A stretch of 64,000 nt of DNA from Myxococcales bacterium (GTDB taxonomy: Bacteria; Myxococcota_A; Polyangia; Nannocystales; Nannocystaceae): NCBI GenBank assembly GCA_020633315.1, contig JACKDV010000004.1:320071-384070 (forward strand), in the 5' to 3' direction. Numbering within the stretch: the first letter of the stretch is position 1; every line of letters begins with the position of its first letter. The position numbers and the translations under genes were made by a program. The notes under the pieces are model-generated. The model did no database searches, was not told the DNA's origin, and saw nothing but the letters and a program-made list of their open reading frames with translations. Shown piece by piece: positions 46,265 to 56,211 of the stretch.

Positions 46265-49172
46265 GGCCCTGTTCCGGCCGGTACTGAGCATCTCGCTCGC
46301 CATCGCGTTGTCGTGGATCGCCGGTGACCTCGGCCCGAGGCAGACAGCCTCCGATGACCTCGCCCCCGTGACCGAGCTCGAGCCCGAGGCGGGCGACCTC
46401 GCCCCCAAGCCGCCCGGGCTCGAGGTGCTGTGGGGCGGCTGCAAGGAGCTCGAGCTGCCCCCCACCCCCGACGAGCCCACGACCTGCGTCATGCTCGTCA
46501 AGCCCGTCCCCGCCGCGCGGCCGGGGCTGCTGCGGCTGTGGCTGCCCTCCGCGGTCTCGAGCCCGCGGCTCACCCTCGCCGGGCATCCGCTGGTGGCAGA
46601 GGAGGAGGAGGTCGACAGCGGCACCAGCCTCGCGGTCCGCCTGCCCCACTCGGGACGCCTGGTGCTCACCGGCACGATCGCCGGCCGAGCCACGGAGCTC
46701 CTGGTCCTCGACGTGGAGCAGCGACCGCTGGTCACCCATCGCCTCAAGCAGCGCCTCGACGACGCGGTGGGCAAGCCCGAGCTCCAGCAGGCGCTGGAGC
46801 AGGAGTGGAGGGAGGCGCTCGCCGGGGAGACGCGCCTCCGCGAGCGCCTGGTGCTCACCCGCTACCTGCAGTTCGTGACCTTCGACCAGGGCCGCTGGCT
46901 GGACTCGGCCCGACTGGCCGAGGAGGCGGCCCGCATGGCCCACACCCTCGGCCTGGCCCGGCAGGAGTGCGACAGCGCGTGGGCGGCCGTGTTCAACTAC
47001 AGCCAGGAGCTGGGGCTCCACGCCGAGGCCGATCGGGTCCTCGCGACGAGCTGCCGCTACGAGCATCGCGTGCCCGACCTGGTGATGGTGGGCACCTACT
47101 TCCGCAGCATCGTCGACCTCAACCGCGGCAACCTGGCCGGGGTGCGGCGCACGGTGGAGCAGGGGATCGACATCGCCCGCCGGCTCCGCTGGGCCAAGTG
47201 GGAGCGGATCGCCCTCTATCCCCTGGTGCAGGCCCTGTCGGGTCAGGGGCGCTTCACCTGGGCCCGACGGCTGATGGATCGCTCGGCCGAGCTCGCCTCC
47301 CGGGTCGAGCCCGCCAGCGAGGTGGAGGCGTGCGAGGGCGAGCTGGGCGAGCTGCTGCTCCGCGGCCAGATCGAGCTCCGCGAGGCGCGGATGCTGGGCC
47401 GTCGCCCCTCGGCCGCGCGCGCGCCATTCGAGCGCGCCGTGGCCCTCGCCGCCGACGAGCACCGCTGTCCCGCCCACGACAACATCCGGGGGATCGCGGC
47501 GGGGATCCAGCTCGAGCTGGCCTGGGTCGAGCTCGAGGAGGGCGATCTCGACGCGGCCCGGCAGCACCTCGATGCGGTCGCCCTCGGCGTGCTCGACCCC
47601 GAGAAGCGACGCAGCCACCACCTGCTGCACACCGAGCTCGCCCTCGGCCGCGGTGAGCTCGCGGCGGCCCGGCGCTGGCTCGACCAGCTTGAGGCGCTCG
47701 TCGCGAAGGGCGAGGGAGACGACGCCGAGCCCCCGCGGGATCGCTGGCATCGCCTGGTGCTCAGCGCCCGCCTGCACCGGGCCCAGGGGCACCGCCGACG
47801 CGCGATCGAGACGCTCACCCTGGCCCAGGAGGAGCTGGGTCGCAGCGCTCGTGCGGTGGGCAGGGGAGTGGATGCCGACCGCTACGTGGCCATGCGCCGC
47901 GACAGCGGCGAGCTGCTGGTGCGGCTGCTGCTCGAGGAGGGGCTCGTGGAGCCCGCCCTGTGTGCCGCCCGGATGACCCGCATCCTCGGGCTGCTCGGAC
48001 CCACCACCACGGAGACCGAGGCCCCGCCCGCCGCCGCCGATACGCCTGCCACCACTGCCGGCGCCACCGCGGATCCCCGCGATCGACTCGAGCGCTACTC
48101 CTGGTACCTCCCAAGCGACATCCCGGTCGACGAGCGGATCGCGGTCGAGGCAGGGCTCGACGAGCTGATGTCGGCTCGCCCCGCCACCACCACGGTGCAC
48201 TGCGAGGATCTCCCCTCGCCGGCGCCCGGCGAGGTCTCGCTGCTGCCCTTCCGGGACGCGGAGCGCTGGGTGGTCTTCGCCTGGGATGGGAGCGGCTCGG
48301 TGATCGCCCACCCGCTGCCGCCCGGTCCCCTGCCTCACGATGCGGCCGGGCTCGGCGAGCGACTCGTCGACCCGGTCGCGCCCCTGCTCGCCGACGCCCG
48401 ACGCCTGCGCGTCGTCGCTCCGCCCGAGCTGGCCGAGCTGAGCCCCGCGAGCCTGCAGTGGAACGGAGCGCCCATCGGTGACGCGATGACGGTGGTGACG
48501 GCGGTCGACCTGCCGGTGGAGCCACGCGAGGCCCCGAGCGAGGCCTCGGTCGCCCTGGTGTACTCCGACCCCCAGCGGCTCCTGCTCGAGCACTACGACG
48601 CGATCGAGGGACGCTTCGGACGCTGGGCCACCCAGCTCGGCACCGGCGGCATGAGCATCGCGATGCTCCACCGACCGTCGCAGGGCCACGTCTCGCTCCG
48701 CGAGGTGCTCGAGGGCAGCGAGGACACCGAGCTGACCGTGCTCTACGGCTTCTCGTCCGCACATCCCTCCCGCTACTCGATGCTCGTCGAGCCGGGCGAG
48801 CACGACATCGATCGGACCACCTTCAACCTCGGCGCGACCGGCCTGCTGCGCGCCGACATCCTCGCTCAGCAAGGGCACGCGCCGCTGCACGTGATCCTGG
48901 CGCACTGCCACTCGGCGACGATCGATCCCTATGGGATCTCGGGCGCGGTGGGCCTGGCCCAGAGCTACGTGCAGGCCGGCTCCGAGTGGGCCGTGGGCAC
49001 GACGAGCGAGCTGCACCCCACCACGGTGGTGCGGCTCGTCGATGCGCTGCTCGATGCCTACCCCGAGGACGCGAGCGTGGAGAGCATGGCTCGCGTGCTG
49101 CAGCGAGTGGAGCACCGCCTCGTCACCGAGGGGTCGCTCGACGCCGGCAAGCTCCGCCTGTGGGTGCGCTGA
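46242..49172 (+). CDS. TPR-repeat protein with a C-terminal CHAT (caspase-like, clan CD) protease domain, about 976 aa
   Basis: N-terminal signal or TM segment, then about 600 aa of TPR-like helical repeats. The C-terminal CHAT signature includes the catalytic Cys context HVILAHCHSA..GLAQSYVQAGSEWAVGT and an upstream His (FSSAHP). It overlaps the anti-sigma stop by 23 bp. Confidence 0.7.
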   Translation: MTVPGPSRALFRPVLSISLAIALSWIAGDLGPRQTASDDLAPVTELEPEAGDLAPKPPGLEVLWGGCKELELPPTPDEPTTCVMLVKPVPAARPGLLRLWLPSAVSSPRLTLAGHPLVAEEEEVDSGTSLAVRLPHSGRLVLTGTIAGRATELLVLDVEQRPLVTHRLKQRLDDAVGKPELQQALEQEWREALAGETRLRERLVLTRYLQFVTFDQGRWLDSARLAEEAARMAHTLGLARQECDSAWAAVFNYSQELGLHAEADRVLATSCRYEHRVPDLVMVGTYFRSIVDLNRGNLAGVRRTVEQGIDIARRLRWAKWERIALYPLVQALSGQGRFTWARRLMDRSAELASRVEPASEVEACEGELGELLLRGQIELREARMLGRRPSAARAPFERAVALAADEHRCPAHDNIRGIAAGIQLELAWVELEEGDLDAARQHLDAVALGVLDPEKRRSHHLLHTELALGRGELAAARRWLDQLEALVAKGEGDDAEPPRDRWHRLVLSARLHRAQGHRRRAIETLTLAQEELGRSARAVGRGVDADRYVAMRRDSGELLVRLLLEEGLVEPALCAARMTRILGLLGPTTTETEAPPAAADTPATTAGATADPRDRLERYSWYLPSDIPVDERIAVEAGLDELMSARPATTTVHCEDLPSPAPGEVSLLPFRDAERWVVFAWDGSGSVIAHPLPPGPLPHDAAGLGERLVDPVAPLLADARRLRVVAPPELAELSPASLQWNGAPIGDAMTVVTAVDLPVEPREAPSEASVALVYSDPQRLLLEHYDAIEGRFGRWATQLGTGGMSIAMLHRPSQGHVSLREVLEGSEDTELTVLYGFSSAHPSRYSMLVEPGEHDIDRTTFNLGATGLLRADILAQQGHAPLHVILAHCHSATIDPYGISGAVGLAQSYVQAGSEWAVGTTSELHPTTVVRLVDALLDAYPEDASVESMARVLQRVEHRLVTEGSLDAGKLRLWVR

Positions 49173-49321
49173 GGATCGAGGCACGACGCCTCGACGATCT
49201 ACATCTCTAGCTCTCGTCGCGATCGATTTCGGGCAGAAACGATCGACTGGGAACACTACTCGTGCAGACGCGGCCGACACTTGGGTCGGTCGCGGGCTCC
49301 CACCACGAAGAGAGGTATGCA

Positions 49322-49645
49322 ATGCCCCAGTGCCCGCAATGTCGCGGGGACCTGATCGAAGACACGGGTAACGACGTGTGGATCGTGGTCTTCTCGACTC
49401 TCACCACCACCGCCGCCGGTCTCGACACCGACTCGTTCGAGATCCACGTAGTCCTTTCCGACTCCACCACGGTCGACAAGGGGCTCCCGGACAACTCGGG
49501 TGTCGTCAGCGGCGATCGGACCGTCTACACCTGGACCTTCGCCTCGCCCGGGACCCCGGTCTCCGGGACCATCGAGGTGGAGCACTCCTCCCTCGGCCTG
49601 CTGGTCCAGGCGCTGGACGTGTCCGAGATGGGCGCGGCGGCCTAG
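49322..49645 (+). CDS. Small hypothetical protein with an N-terminal zinc-ribbon (CPQC), 107 aa
   Basis: GAAGAGAGG ribosome-binding site upstream of the ATG. Normal composition. Confidence 0.45.
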   Translation: MPQCPQCRGDLIEDTGNDVWIVVFSTLTTTAAGLDTDSFEIHVVLSDSTTVDKGLPDNSGVVSGDRTVYTWTFASPGTPVSGTIEVEHSSLGLLVQALDVSEMGAAA

Positions 49646-49718
49646 CCGTCTCCCCACTGACGGTCCTGGCCTCGCTCCCGGGGCCAGGGCCGTCACCTTC
49701 GTCGACGCCAGCGAGCGG

Positions 49719-51320
49719 CTACAGATCGACCCAGGTCCCCGTCACCGCGGGTGCCGGATCGAGCTCGTAGCGACGCCGTGCCGTGAGCCGGGGCTCGGTG
49801 GTACCCGCGATCGGCTCGAGATCGAAGCCGGTCAGCTCGCGCCGCAGGTCGCCCGACTCGAGATCGAAGTCGAGCTCCCCGCTCACCCCGTGCAGGTCCA
49901 CGTCGCCGCCCGCGGCGAGAGTCTGCTGCACCGTGGTGATGAACGACAGCCCCTCGCCGAACGACACCTGGGTGCCCGACTCGTTGCTCAGGCGCGCCAT
50001 CGCCTCGGCGATCTGGGAGCCCGTGCCCTCGCCCCCCGACAGGGAGCTCAGCGCGAGCAGGGTGACCATGGTGGCGTCGTAGGCCAGCCCCGCGTCGAGC
50101 CCCGCCTCGGAATCGGGGAAGCGGATCTCGTAGCGGATGGCGAAGGGGCCGTAGTCGTCGGGGTCGCGGTTGGTGTGGGCGATCCCCTCCATCCGCGCCA
50201 TCAGGGTGGTGCGGAAGCCCTCGCTCACGCCCTCGACGATCGTCTCCGCCACGGACACGCCCTCGCTGCTGAGCATGAAGGTGGGCAGGGGCGGCCGCGG
50301 ATCGGCGCTCGACCAGGCGTCGAGGTAGAAGAGGATCAGCTCCCGCGCCTCCACGCTGCCGAGCACCACGATCACGTCGGGATCGAGCTCGAAGGTGTCG
50401 GCCACCCGAGCCCCGTACTCCGACAGCAGGGACTGCGAGTCGGGGAAGGTGTCGATCGGGGAGTAGAGCAGCGTGCCCAGGCCGTTGGCCGGCAGCACGC
50501 CCTGCAGCCGCGGGGCCAGATCCTCGAGCAGGCCCTGGCCGTAGCGATCGTTCTTGACCAGGGCCACCACCCGCTCGGGCGGGGGATCGAGGGCTGCGAT
50601 CCGATCGGCGATGCCCGCGGCCTGGACCGCATCGTTGCCGGCGGTGCGCCACACCAGGTCGAGGTCGACGAGCTGGCCCAGCAGCCGCGCCGAGGCGGTG
50701 GGGCTGATGAGGAACACCCCGGCCGGCGCGGTCACGTTGGCGACGCCCACCGTCTCCTCGGAGAGCGCGGGGCCCACGATGGCCTGGATGCCCGCGGCCG
50801 CGAGCTCCTCGGCGGCCGCGGCCGCGTCGCTGGCCCGCCCGCGGGAATCGCAGGCCACCCAGCCCACCCGCTTGCCCCCGGGCAGCGTGGTGGTGCCGTC
50901 GAAGTCCTCGATCGCGAGCTGCATCGCGTTCTCGAGCGGGATGCCCATCGAGGCGTAGGTCCCCGTGTGCGGCAGGATCGAGCCGAGGTACACGATCTGA
51001 TCGGGCATCACGCCCTCGGGGCGGACCCGCAGCGCGCAGTGCTCCGTCTCGAGCGGGGCACACACGCCCGCGGAGCCGCACACCACCGACTGGTCGAACA
51101 CCGCGAAGCAGTCGGAGTCCGCGCTGCAGTCGACCGAGGAGGGAGGCGTGGGCGCGACGCACTCGTGGTCGCGGCACACCAGCTCCAGGTCCTGGGCGTT
51201 GGTACAGTCGAGATCCGAGACGCACTCGGGGAGGTCGACGATCAGCGAGCAGCTCGAGCCGGCACCAAGACCGAGCCCCGCTGCGAGGAAGGCGATGCAC
51301 CGTGCTCGTCGCATGCTCAT
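49719..51320 (-). CDS. Lipoprotein: periplasmic substrate-binding protein (LivK / Peripla_BP_6-like) with an N-terminal Cys-rich extension, 533 aa
   Basis: Lipobox LGLGAGSSC. The central region is typical of branched-chain amino-acid-type binding proteins. Confidence 0.6.
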   Translation of the reverse strand: MSMRRARCIAFLAAGLGLGAGSSCSLIVDLPECVSDLDCTNAQDLELVCRDHECVAPTPPSSVDCSADSDCFAVFDQSVVCGSAGVCAPLETEHCALRVRPEGVMPDQIVYLGSILPHTGTYASMGIPLENAMQLAIEDFDGTTTLPGGKRVGWVACDSRGRASDAAAAAEELAAAGIQAIVGPALSEETVGVANVTAPAGVFLISPTASARLLGQLVDLDLVWRTAGNDAVQAAGIADRIAALDPPPERVVALVKNDRYGQGLLEDLAPRLQGVLPANGLGTLLYSPIDTFPDSQSLLSEYGARVADTFELDPDVIVVLGSVEARELILFYLDAWSSADPRPPLPTFMLSSEGVSVAETIVEGVSEGFRTTLMARMEGIAHTNRDPDDYGPFAIRYEIRFPDSEAGLDAGLAYDATMVTLLALSSLSGGEGTGSQIAEAMARLSNESGTQVSFGEGLSFITTVQQTLAAGGDVDLHGVSGELDFDLESGDLRRELTGFDLEPIAGTTEPRLTARRRYELDPAPAVTGTWVDL

Positions 51321-51333
51321 CGGGTCCTTCGGG

Positions 51334-52179
51334 TCAAAAGCGCAGCGTGGCCGCGATCCCGGCGCCTCGTCGCGAGGCCCAGGGCGACAGTCGGGCGCGA
51401 CCGGCCACGCCCTCGGCGGGCTTGCGCTTGACGGAGACGATCACCAGCACCAGGCCCGTCACCGCCATCGCCCCGCCCACGCCGAACAGCACGTCGGCGC
51501 CGAGGGCCAGGCCGCGGCCCTTGTCCACGGTGTCGCTGCGCTCCTCGTAGGTGTGCTGGTCGGCGAGGGCATTGCTGCGCGACAGGGCCAGGCCCCCCAG
51601 CGCGCCTGCGGCCCCCAGCGCCGCGCCGCCCGTACCGAGCAGCACGTAGCCGGCGATCCGCATCGGCGGGGTGCGCTTGCGTGGCTCGGGCTCGGGCTCC
51701 GGCTCCGGCTCGCTCACCGGCTCCGGCTCGGGCTCGGGCTCCGGCTCGCTCACCGGCTCGGGCTCGGGCTCCGGCTCCTTGACCGCGGTCTCCTCGAGGA
51801 TCGCTCGCAGCACCCGCAGGCGCTCGAGCCCCTTCTCGCGGGCCTCCAGCGGCACGCCGGGCTCCTTGACGAAGCGCTCGTAGTACTCGACCGCGCTCTC
51901 GAGGTTGCCCTGCTCCTCGCGGATCCGGCCGATGTTGAACAGGTAGTTGGGCTCGGGCTGCAGCGCGTAGGCCTGCTCGAACAGCTCGACCGCCTCGTCG
52001 TACTCCTTGGCCTGGAACTTCTCCACCGCCTCGGAGTTGAGCGCGTCCACCTGCTCCTGCACGGAGGGGCCGGCCCAGGCCACGGAGGGGACGGCCGCGA
52101 GGCCCAGGGCGAGCGCGACCGTGCCCGCGACGACCGACCGCAGGGTGCGGCCGGGATGGCTGTGAGAGCGCTGGTTCAC
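51334..52179 (-). CDS. TPR-repeat membrane protein with signal peptide, a (PEPEPEPVSE)n linker and a C-terminal TM segment, about 281 aa
   Basis: GTG start overlaps the TGA stop of the upstream kinase (GTGA). Signal peptide VAGTVALALGLAAVPSVAWA. A 48-bp DNA tandem repeat at about 51660-51790. Confidence 0.5.
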   Translation of the reverse strand: MNQRSHSHPGRTLRSVVAGTVALALGLAAVPSVAWAGPSVQEQVDALNSEAVEKFQAKEYDEAVELFEQAYALQPEPNYLFNIGRIREEQGNLESAVEYYERFVKEPGVPLEAREKGLERLRVLRAILEETAVKEPEPEPEPVSEPEPEPEPEPVSEPEPEPEPEPRKRTPPMRIAGYVLLGTGGAALGAAGALGGLALSRSNALADQHTYEERSDTVDKGRGLALGADVLFGVGGAMAVTGLVLVIVSVKRKPAEGVAGRARLSPWASRRGAGIAATLRF

Positions 52180-54917
52180 TTGCCTCCGACGGGCAGGAAG
52201 ATACCGTCGTCCTTGCCCTGCTTCGAGTCCATGAAGACCTCGGGCTTGGGCTTGGGCTTGGGCTCGGTCTTCGCAAAGGGATCGGGCGTGGCCGAGGTCT
52301 TGGGCTCGGTCGAGGTCTTGGGCTCGTCGGTCCGGGGCTTGGTGCGCTTGCTGCCCTTGCCCTTGGTGTCGCCGGGAGCCGGCGTGGGCTCGCTCGGAGA
52401 CGACTCGGCCGGCACCAGCTCGGCGGTCACGGCACCATTGGCTCCGGGTCGGACGTCGATGGTGGTCTGCCAGGCCACGTGGCCCTCGGCGGTCACGCGC
52501 ACCCGATGCGCCCCCAACGGCAGCTCGAGGTGGACGGGGGCCTCGCCTCGATCCTCGCCGTCGACCTCCACCCGCGCCCCTTCGATCGCGCGGACCTCCA
52601 CGGTGCCCACGTCGGCGGCGGGCTCCTCGTCGCCCGGCGCCGCCGCGACCGCACCGTCCTTGGGCGACTCGCCGGGCACCGGCGCCGCGACCTGGGCCGG
52701 AGGATCGCGCGGCGCTTCCTCGCCGCCATTGAGGATGAGGTAGGCGAACAGCCCGCCCAGGGTGAGCGCGGCCAGGCCGGCCACCGCGACGATCACCCCG
52801 AGCCTCATGCCCCCATCGGAGGCCGCGGGCGGCATGCCCACGAAGGTGGCCGGCTGCCCCAGGGCATCGGAGGCAAAGGGCACCGTGGGCGAGGCCGTCT
52901 CGGGTGAGGTGCCGACCGAGCCGGTGTCCTCGTTGAGGCCGACGACGTCGTCGTCCTCTTCCTCCTCCACGGAGATCGACAGGGCGTCGGAGACCTCGGC
53001 GTCGAGCAGCGGCGGGATGGTGGTGCGCCGGGCGGTGTTGCGCTCGTCGTCGAGCTCGAGCTCGAGGCGCTCCACCGCTTCCTTGGCGTCGGCCTTGGTC
53101 ACCCGCACGGTGGCGGCCCCCGGGCGATTGCCCGACTTGATCGGGGCCCGGGTCACCGGGGCATCGGAGATCGGAGCGCCCACCGGCGGGCTGGTGGTCA
53201 GCGGCTCGGGACCCGACTCCACCCGCGGCAGCGGCCGCGCCGCAGAGCCCAGCCGCGGCATGGGTCGCGCACCCGAGCCCGACTTGGGCAGCGACCGCAT
53301 ACCAGAGCCCGGCGTGGGCGGCGTGGGCGGCAGCGGTCGCACGCCGGAGCCCGGCGTGGGCGGCGTGGGCGGCAGCGGTCGCATACCAGAGCCCGGCGTG
53401 GGCGGCGTGGGCGGCAGCGGTCGCATCCCGGAGCCAGACCTCGGCCGCGGCTGCGCCCCCGAGTCCGGCGTGGGCGGCAGCGGTCGCGCCCCAGAGCCAG
53501 GCTTCGGCAGCGGCACCGCCCCAGAGCCCGCGTCGCTCGGCAGCGGTCGCACCCCAGAGCCCGTCCTCGGCAGCGGCACCGCCCCAGAGCCCGCGTCGCT
53601 CGGCAGCGGTCGCGCGCCCGAGCCCGGCTTGGGCCGAGGCATCAGCCCCGAGCCCGTGGGCGAGCGCAGACGGGAGCCTCCCGGCGGAGGTGGTGGTGGA
53701 GGCGGAGGCGGCATCGCCCGCGCCCCCGAGCCCGGCGTGGCCACTCGCGGCCGTGGCCTCACCCCCGAGCCCGTCGGAGATCTCTTGCGCCTCGGCAGCT
53801 CCTGCTGGGCCTTCTCCTTGAGCGCGGCGATCTCCTCCTCGGCCAGCTTGAGCGGGGCCTCGCCCGTCCGCGCCGCCTTGCGCAGCAGCGGTCGGGTCCA
53901 CTCCGCGCTGTCGGAGGTGTCCGACTTGAGCGCGGCGATGTTCGCCGCGCCCGAGCTCATGCGCGCCGCCCAGTAGGTCTCGGCCGCCACCCGGCTCTTG
54001 GCGGTGGCCTCGGGCAGCTCGAACAACGGCGCCGGCACGATCTCGAACAGCGCCTCCGCCATCGCGGTGGCGTCGACCGGTCGATCGTCGGGCTCCTTGG
54101 CCAGGCAGCTCTCGATCAGCTCGACGAGCTTGGGGGGGATGCGGTGGTTGGTGGGCAGGCGCTCGACGAGGCGCTTGGGCTTGCCGTGCACGTGGTTGAC
54201 GAGCACCGCCGCGTCGTTGTCCCCCGAGATCGGGGTCTCCCCCGTGAGCATCAAGAAGAACAGCACCCCGAGCGCGTACACGTCGACGCGGACGTCGATC
54301 TTCTCGCCACGGATCTGCTCGGGGGACATGTACGCCGCCGTGCCGATCACGTGGGCCTTGGTGACGTCGTCCTCCTCGTCCTCCTCGATCAGCCGGGCGA
54401 GGCCGAAGTCGAGCATCTTGACGTGGTTGGCCTTGCCCCCGTGCTCGCACAGCATGATGTTGGGCGGCTTGATGTCGCGCATCATGATGCCGCGCTCGTG
54501 CACGTAGCCGACCCCCATGAGGATCTGCGAGACGATGGGGACGAACTCCTCGAGCGGCAGGCGCTTGCGGCGATTGAGGTAGCGCCGCAGCGGCTCGCCG
54601 CGGATGAACTCCATCACGATGTACGTGCGGCCCTCGAAGTGGCCGTGGTCGTACATCTTCACCACGTTAGGGTGATCGAGCTCGGCCATCCGCTTGGCCT
54701 CGCGGTCGAAGCGGACCACCGCGTCGCGGTCCTCGGCCCAGTGCGGCGCGAGCACCTTGACCACCACCTCACGATCGCCGTCCTGCGTGTCGGTGGAGAG
54801 GTAGACCAGCCCCACCCCGCCCCGACCGATGAGCCGCTGGATCACATAGCGATCACCGACCGTCTTCCCGAGGAGAGGGTCATGGGAGAGCGAGTTGGTG
54901 GCCGACTGCGTCACCAT
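52176..54917 (-). CDS. Ser/Thr protein kinase with Pro-rich SGxRPLP repeats, a TM segment and a C-terminal PEGA domain, 913 aa
   Basis: Kinase motifs IGRGGVGLVY, MRDIKPPNIML, DFGLAR, YMSPEQ. Repeats coded by about 60-bp DNA tandem repeats (53240-53600). PEGA-like VEVDGEDRGEAPVHLELPLGAHRVRV. Confidence 0.85.
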   Translation of the reverse strand: MVTQSATNSLSHDPLLGKTVGDRYVIQRLIGRGGVGLVYLSTDTQDGDREVVVKVLAPHWAEDRDAVVRFDREAKRMAELDHPNVVKMYDHGHFEGRTYIVMEFIRGEPLRRYLNRRKRLPLEEFVPIVSQILMGVGYVHERGIMMRDIKPPNIMLCEHGGKANHVKMLDFGLARLIEEDEEDDVTKAHVIGTAAYMSPEQIRGEKIDVRVDVYALGVLFFLMLTGETPISGDNDAAVLVNHVHGKPKRLVERLPTNHRIPPKLVELIESCLAKEPDDRPVDATAMAEALFEIVPAPLFELPEATAKSRVAAETYWAARMSSGAANIAALKSDTSDSAEWTRPLLRKAARTGEAPLKLAEEEIAALKEKAQQELPRRKRSPTGSGVRPRPRVATPGSGARAMPPPPPPPPPPGGSRLRSPTGSGLMPRPKPGSGARPLPSDAGSGAVPLPRTGSGVRPLPSDAGSGAVPLPKPGSGARPLPPTPDSGAQPRPRSGSGMRPLPPTPPTPGSGMRPLPPTPPTPGSGVRPLPPTPPTPGSGMRSLPKSGSGARPMPRLGSAARPLPRVESGPEPLTTSPPVGAPISDAPVTRAPIKSGNRPGAATVRVTKADAKEAVERLELELDDERNTARRTTIPPLLDAEVSDALSISVEEEEDDDVVGLNEDTGSVGTSPETASPTVPFASDALGQPATFVGMPPAASDGGMRLGVIVAVAGLAALTLGGLFAYLILNGGEEAPRDPPAQVAAPVPGESPKDGAVAAAPGDEEPAADVGTVEVRAIEGARVEVDGEDRGEAPVHLELPLGAHRVRVTAEGHVAWQTTIDVRPGANGAVTAELVPAESSPSEPTPAPGDTKGKGSKRTKPRTDEPKTSTEPKTSATPDPFAKTEPKPKPKPEVFMDSKQGKDDGIFLPVGGK

Positions 54918-55240
54918 TGGTCGAACGGATGAGCGCCAAGGCTCGGCGAGCGGCGAGCACGAGGGAGCGCAGGAACGAGCTACGCATTTCGTGGTCCGCC
55001 GGGCGCATTTTCCAACATTTATGTGCCCAACGTCGCGGTTTCAGCGACTAGGTGGTAGCTTTCGTGACAATGTAGAACCTGAACCTACGCAGCAAAACGT
55101 TGTTATCCGCCGAAAGCTTGGAAATCGGAGAAACCGACCGACCGACCGATGATCCATCCTCGGAAGTCACGATTCGATCGGCCAAGGCCAGGCGCGGTCA
55201 ACGCCCGGGCTGTCGGTCGACGATGCACTAGCATCCACTC

Positions 55241-56077
55241 GTGTCGCCTTCCGACACCGTCGTCGCTCCCCGCTTCGCGGGCACCGGCACCGTCGTGGCT
55301 CCCACGCCGGACGAGCCCCTGTTCGAGCTGCGAGGGATCCACAAGGCCTTCGGCGAGCTCGTGCTCTTCGAGGACACCTCGCTCACCGTGCGGCGAGGCG
55401 AGACCTTGTCGATCATCGGTGAGAGCGGCTGCGGCAAGAGCGTGTGGCTCAAGATGATGATCGGCCTGGTGCCGATCGACGCGGGGGAGATCTACTTCCG
55501 CGGCGACAACGTGCTGCTGATGGGCAACGAGGGCCTGGCCCGCCTGCGCCGCAGCGTGGGCTACCTGTTCCAGAACGGCGCGCTGTTCGACTCGATGACC
55601 GTGCTCGACAACGTGGGCTACGCCCTGCGCGAGCACACCACGATGGGCGACGAGCAGATCCGCGAGCGCGTGATCACCTGCCTGGAGAAGGTCAACCTCA
55701 GCCGCCGCATCCTCGATCAGTGGCCGGCCGAGCTCAGCGGCGGCATGCGCAAGCGCGTGGCGCTGGCCCGCGCCATCGCCATCGAGCCCGAGGTGGTGCT
55801 CTACGACGAGCCCACCCAGGGCCTCGATCCGCAGAGCATCACCATCATCGCCGAGCTCATCAGCGAGCTGCAGCGCGACCTCGACATCACCAGCGTGCTG
55901 GTCACCCACGACATGCGCTGTGCCTTCAGCGTCAGCGACCGCATCGCGATGGTGCACGAGCGCGGCTTCCCCTACGTGGGCACGCCCACGCAGCTCGGCG
56001 AGAGCACGGCCCCTGCGGTGCAGGAGTACATCTCCGAGGCCCTCGAGGAGCTGCAGAGCGCCACCCCCCCCGAGTGA
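55241..56077 (+). CDS. ABC transporter ATP-binding protein (MlaF/Ttg2A-like), 278 aa
   Basis: Walker A GESGCGKS, signature LSGGMRKRVALARA, Walker B VVLYDEPTQGLD. Confidence 0.85.
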   Translation: MSPSDTVVAPRFAGTGTVVAPTPDEPLFELRGIHKAFGELVLFEDTSLTVRRGETLSIIGESGCGKSVWLKMMIGLVPIDAGEIYFRGDNVLLMGNEGLARLRRSVGYLFQNGALFDSMTVLDNVGYALREHTTMGDEQIRERVITCLEKVNLSRRILDQWPAELSGGMRKRVALARAIAIEPEVVLYDEPTQGLDPQSITIIAELISELQRDLDITSVLVTHDMRCAFSVSDRIAMVHERGFPYVGTPTQLGESTAPAVQEYISEALEELQSATPPE

Positions 56078-56211
56078 GGGGGCCTCGGCCGACCACGGCC
56101 CGCCGCTCGCGGAGCGGCGTCTCGCGACCGCAGGCGGCTCCCGGAATTTCGGCCGATTTCGCGGCCCGAGGCGGCCGTACGCCGCGACCCGCGTGTTATT
56201 AGTGGTAGACG

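Noticed and set aside
45936-49322. 1128-aa minus-strand ORF opposite the TPR-CHAT gene
   Set aside because: It is a shadow ORF. The + strand carries TPR and CHAT signatures.
51334-54450. 1038-aa minus-strand ORF treated as one gene
   Set aside because: Only its 3' 846 nt (51334..52179) are coding in that frame (the TPR membrane protein). The rest overlaps the real kinase 52176..54917 out of frame.
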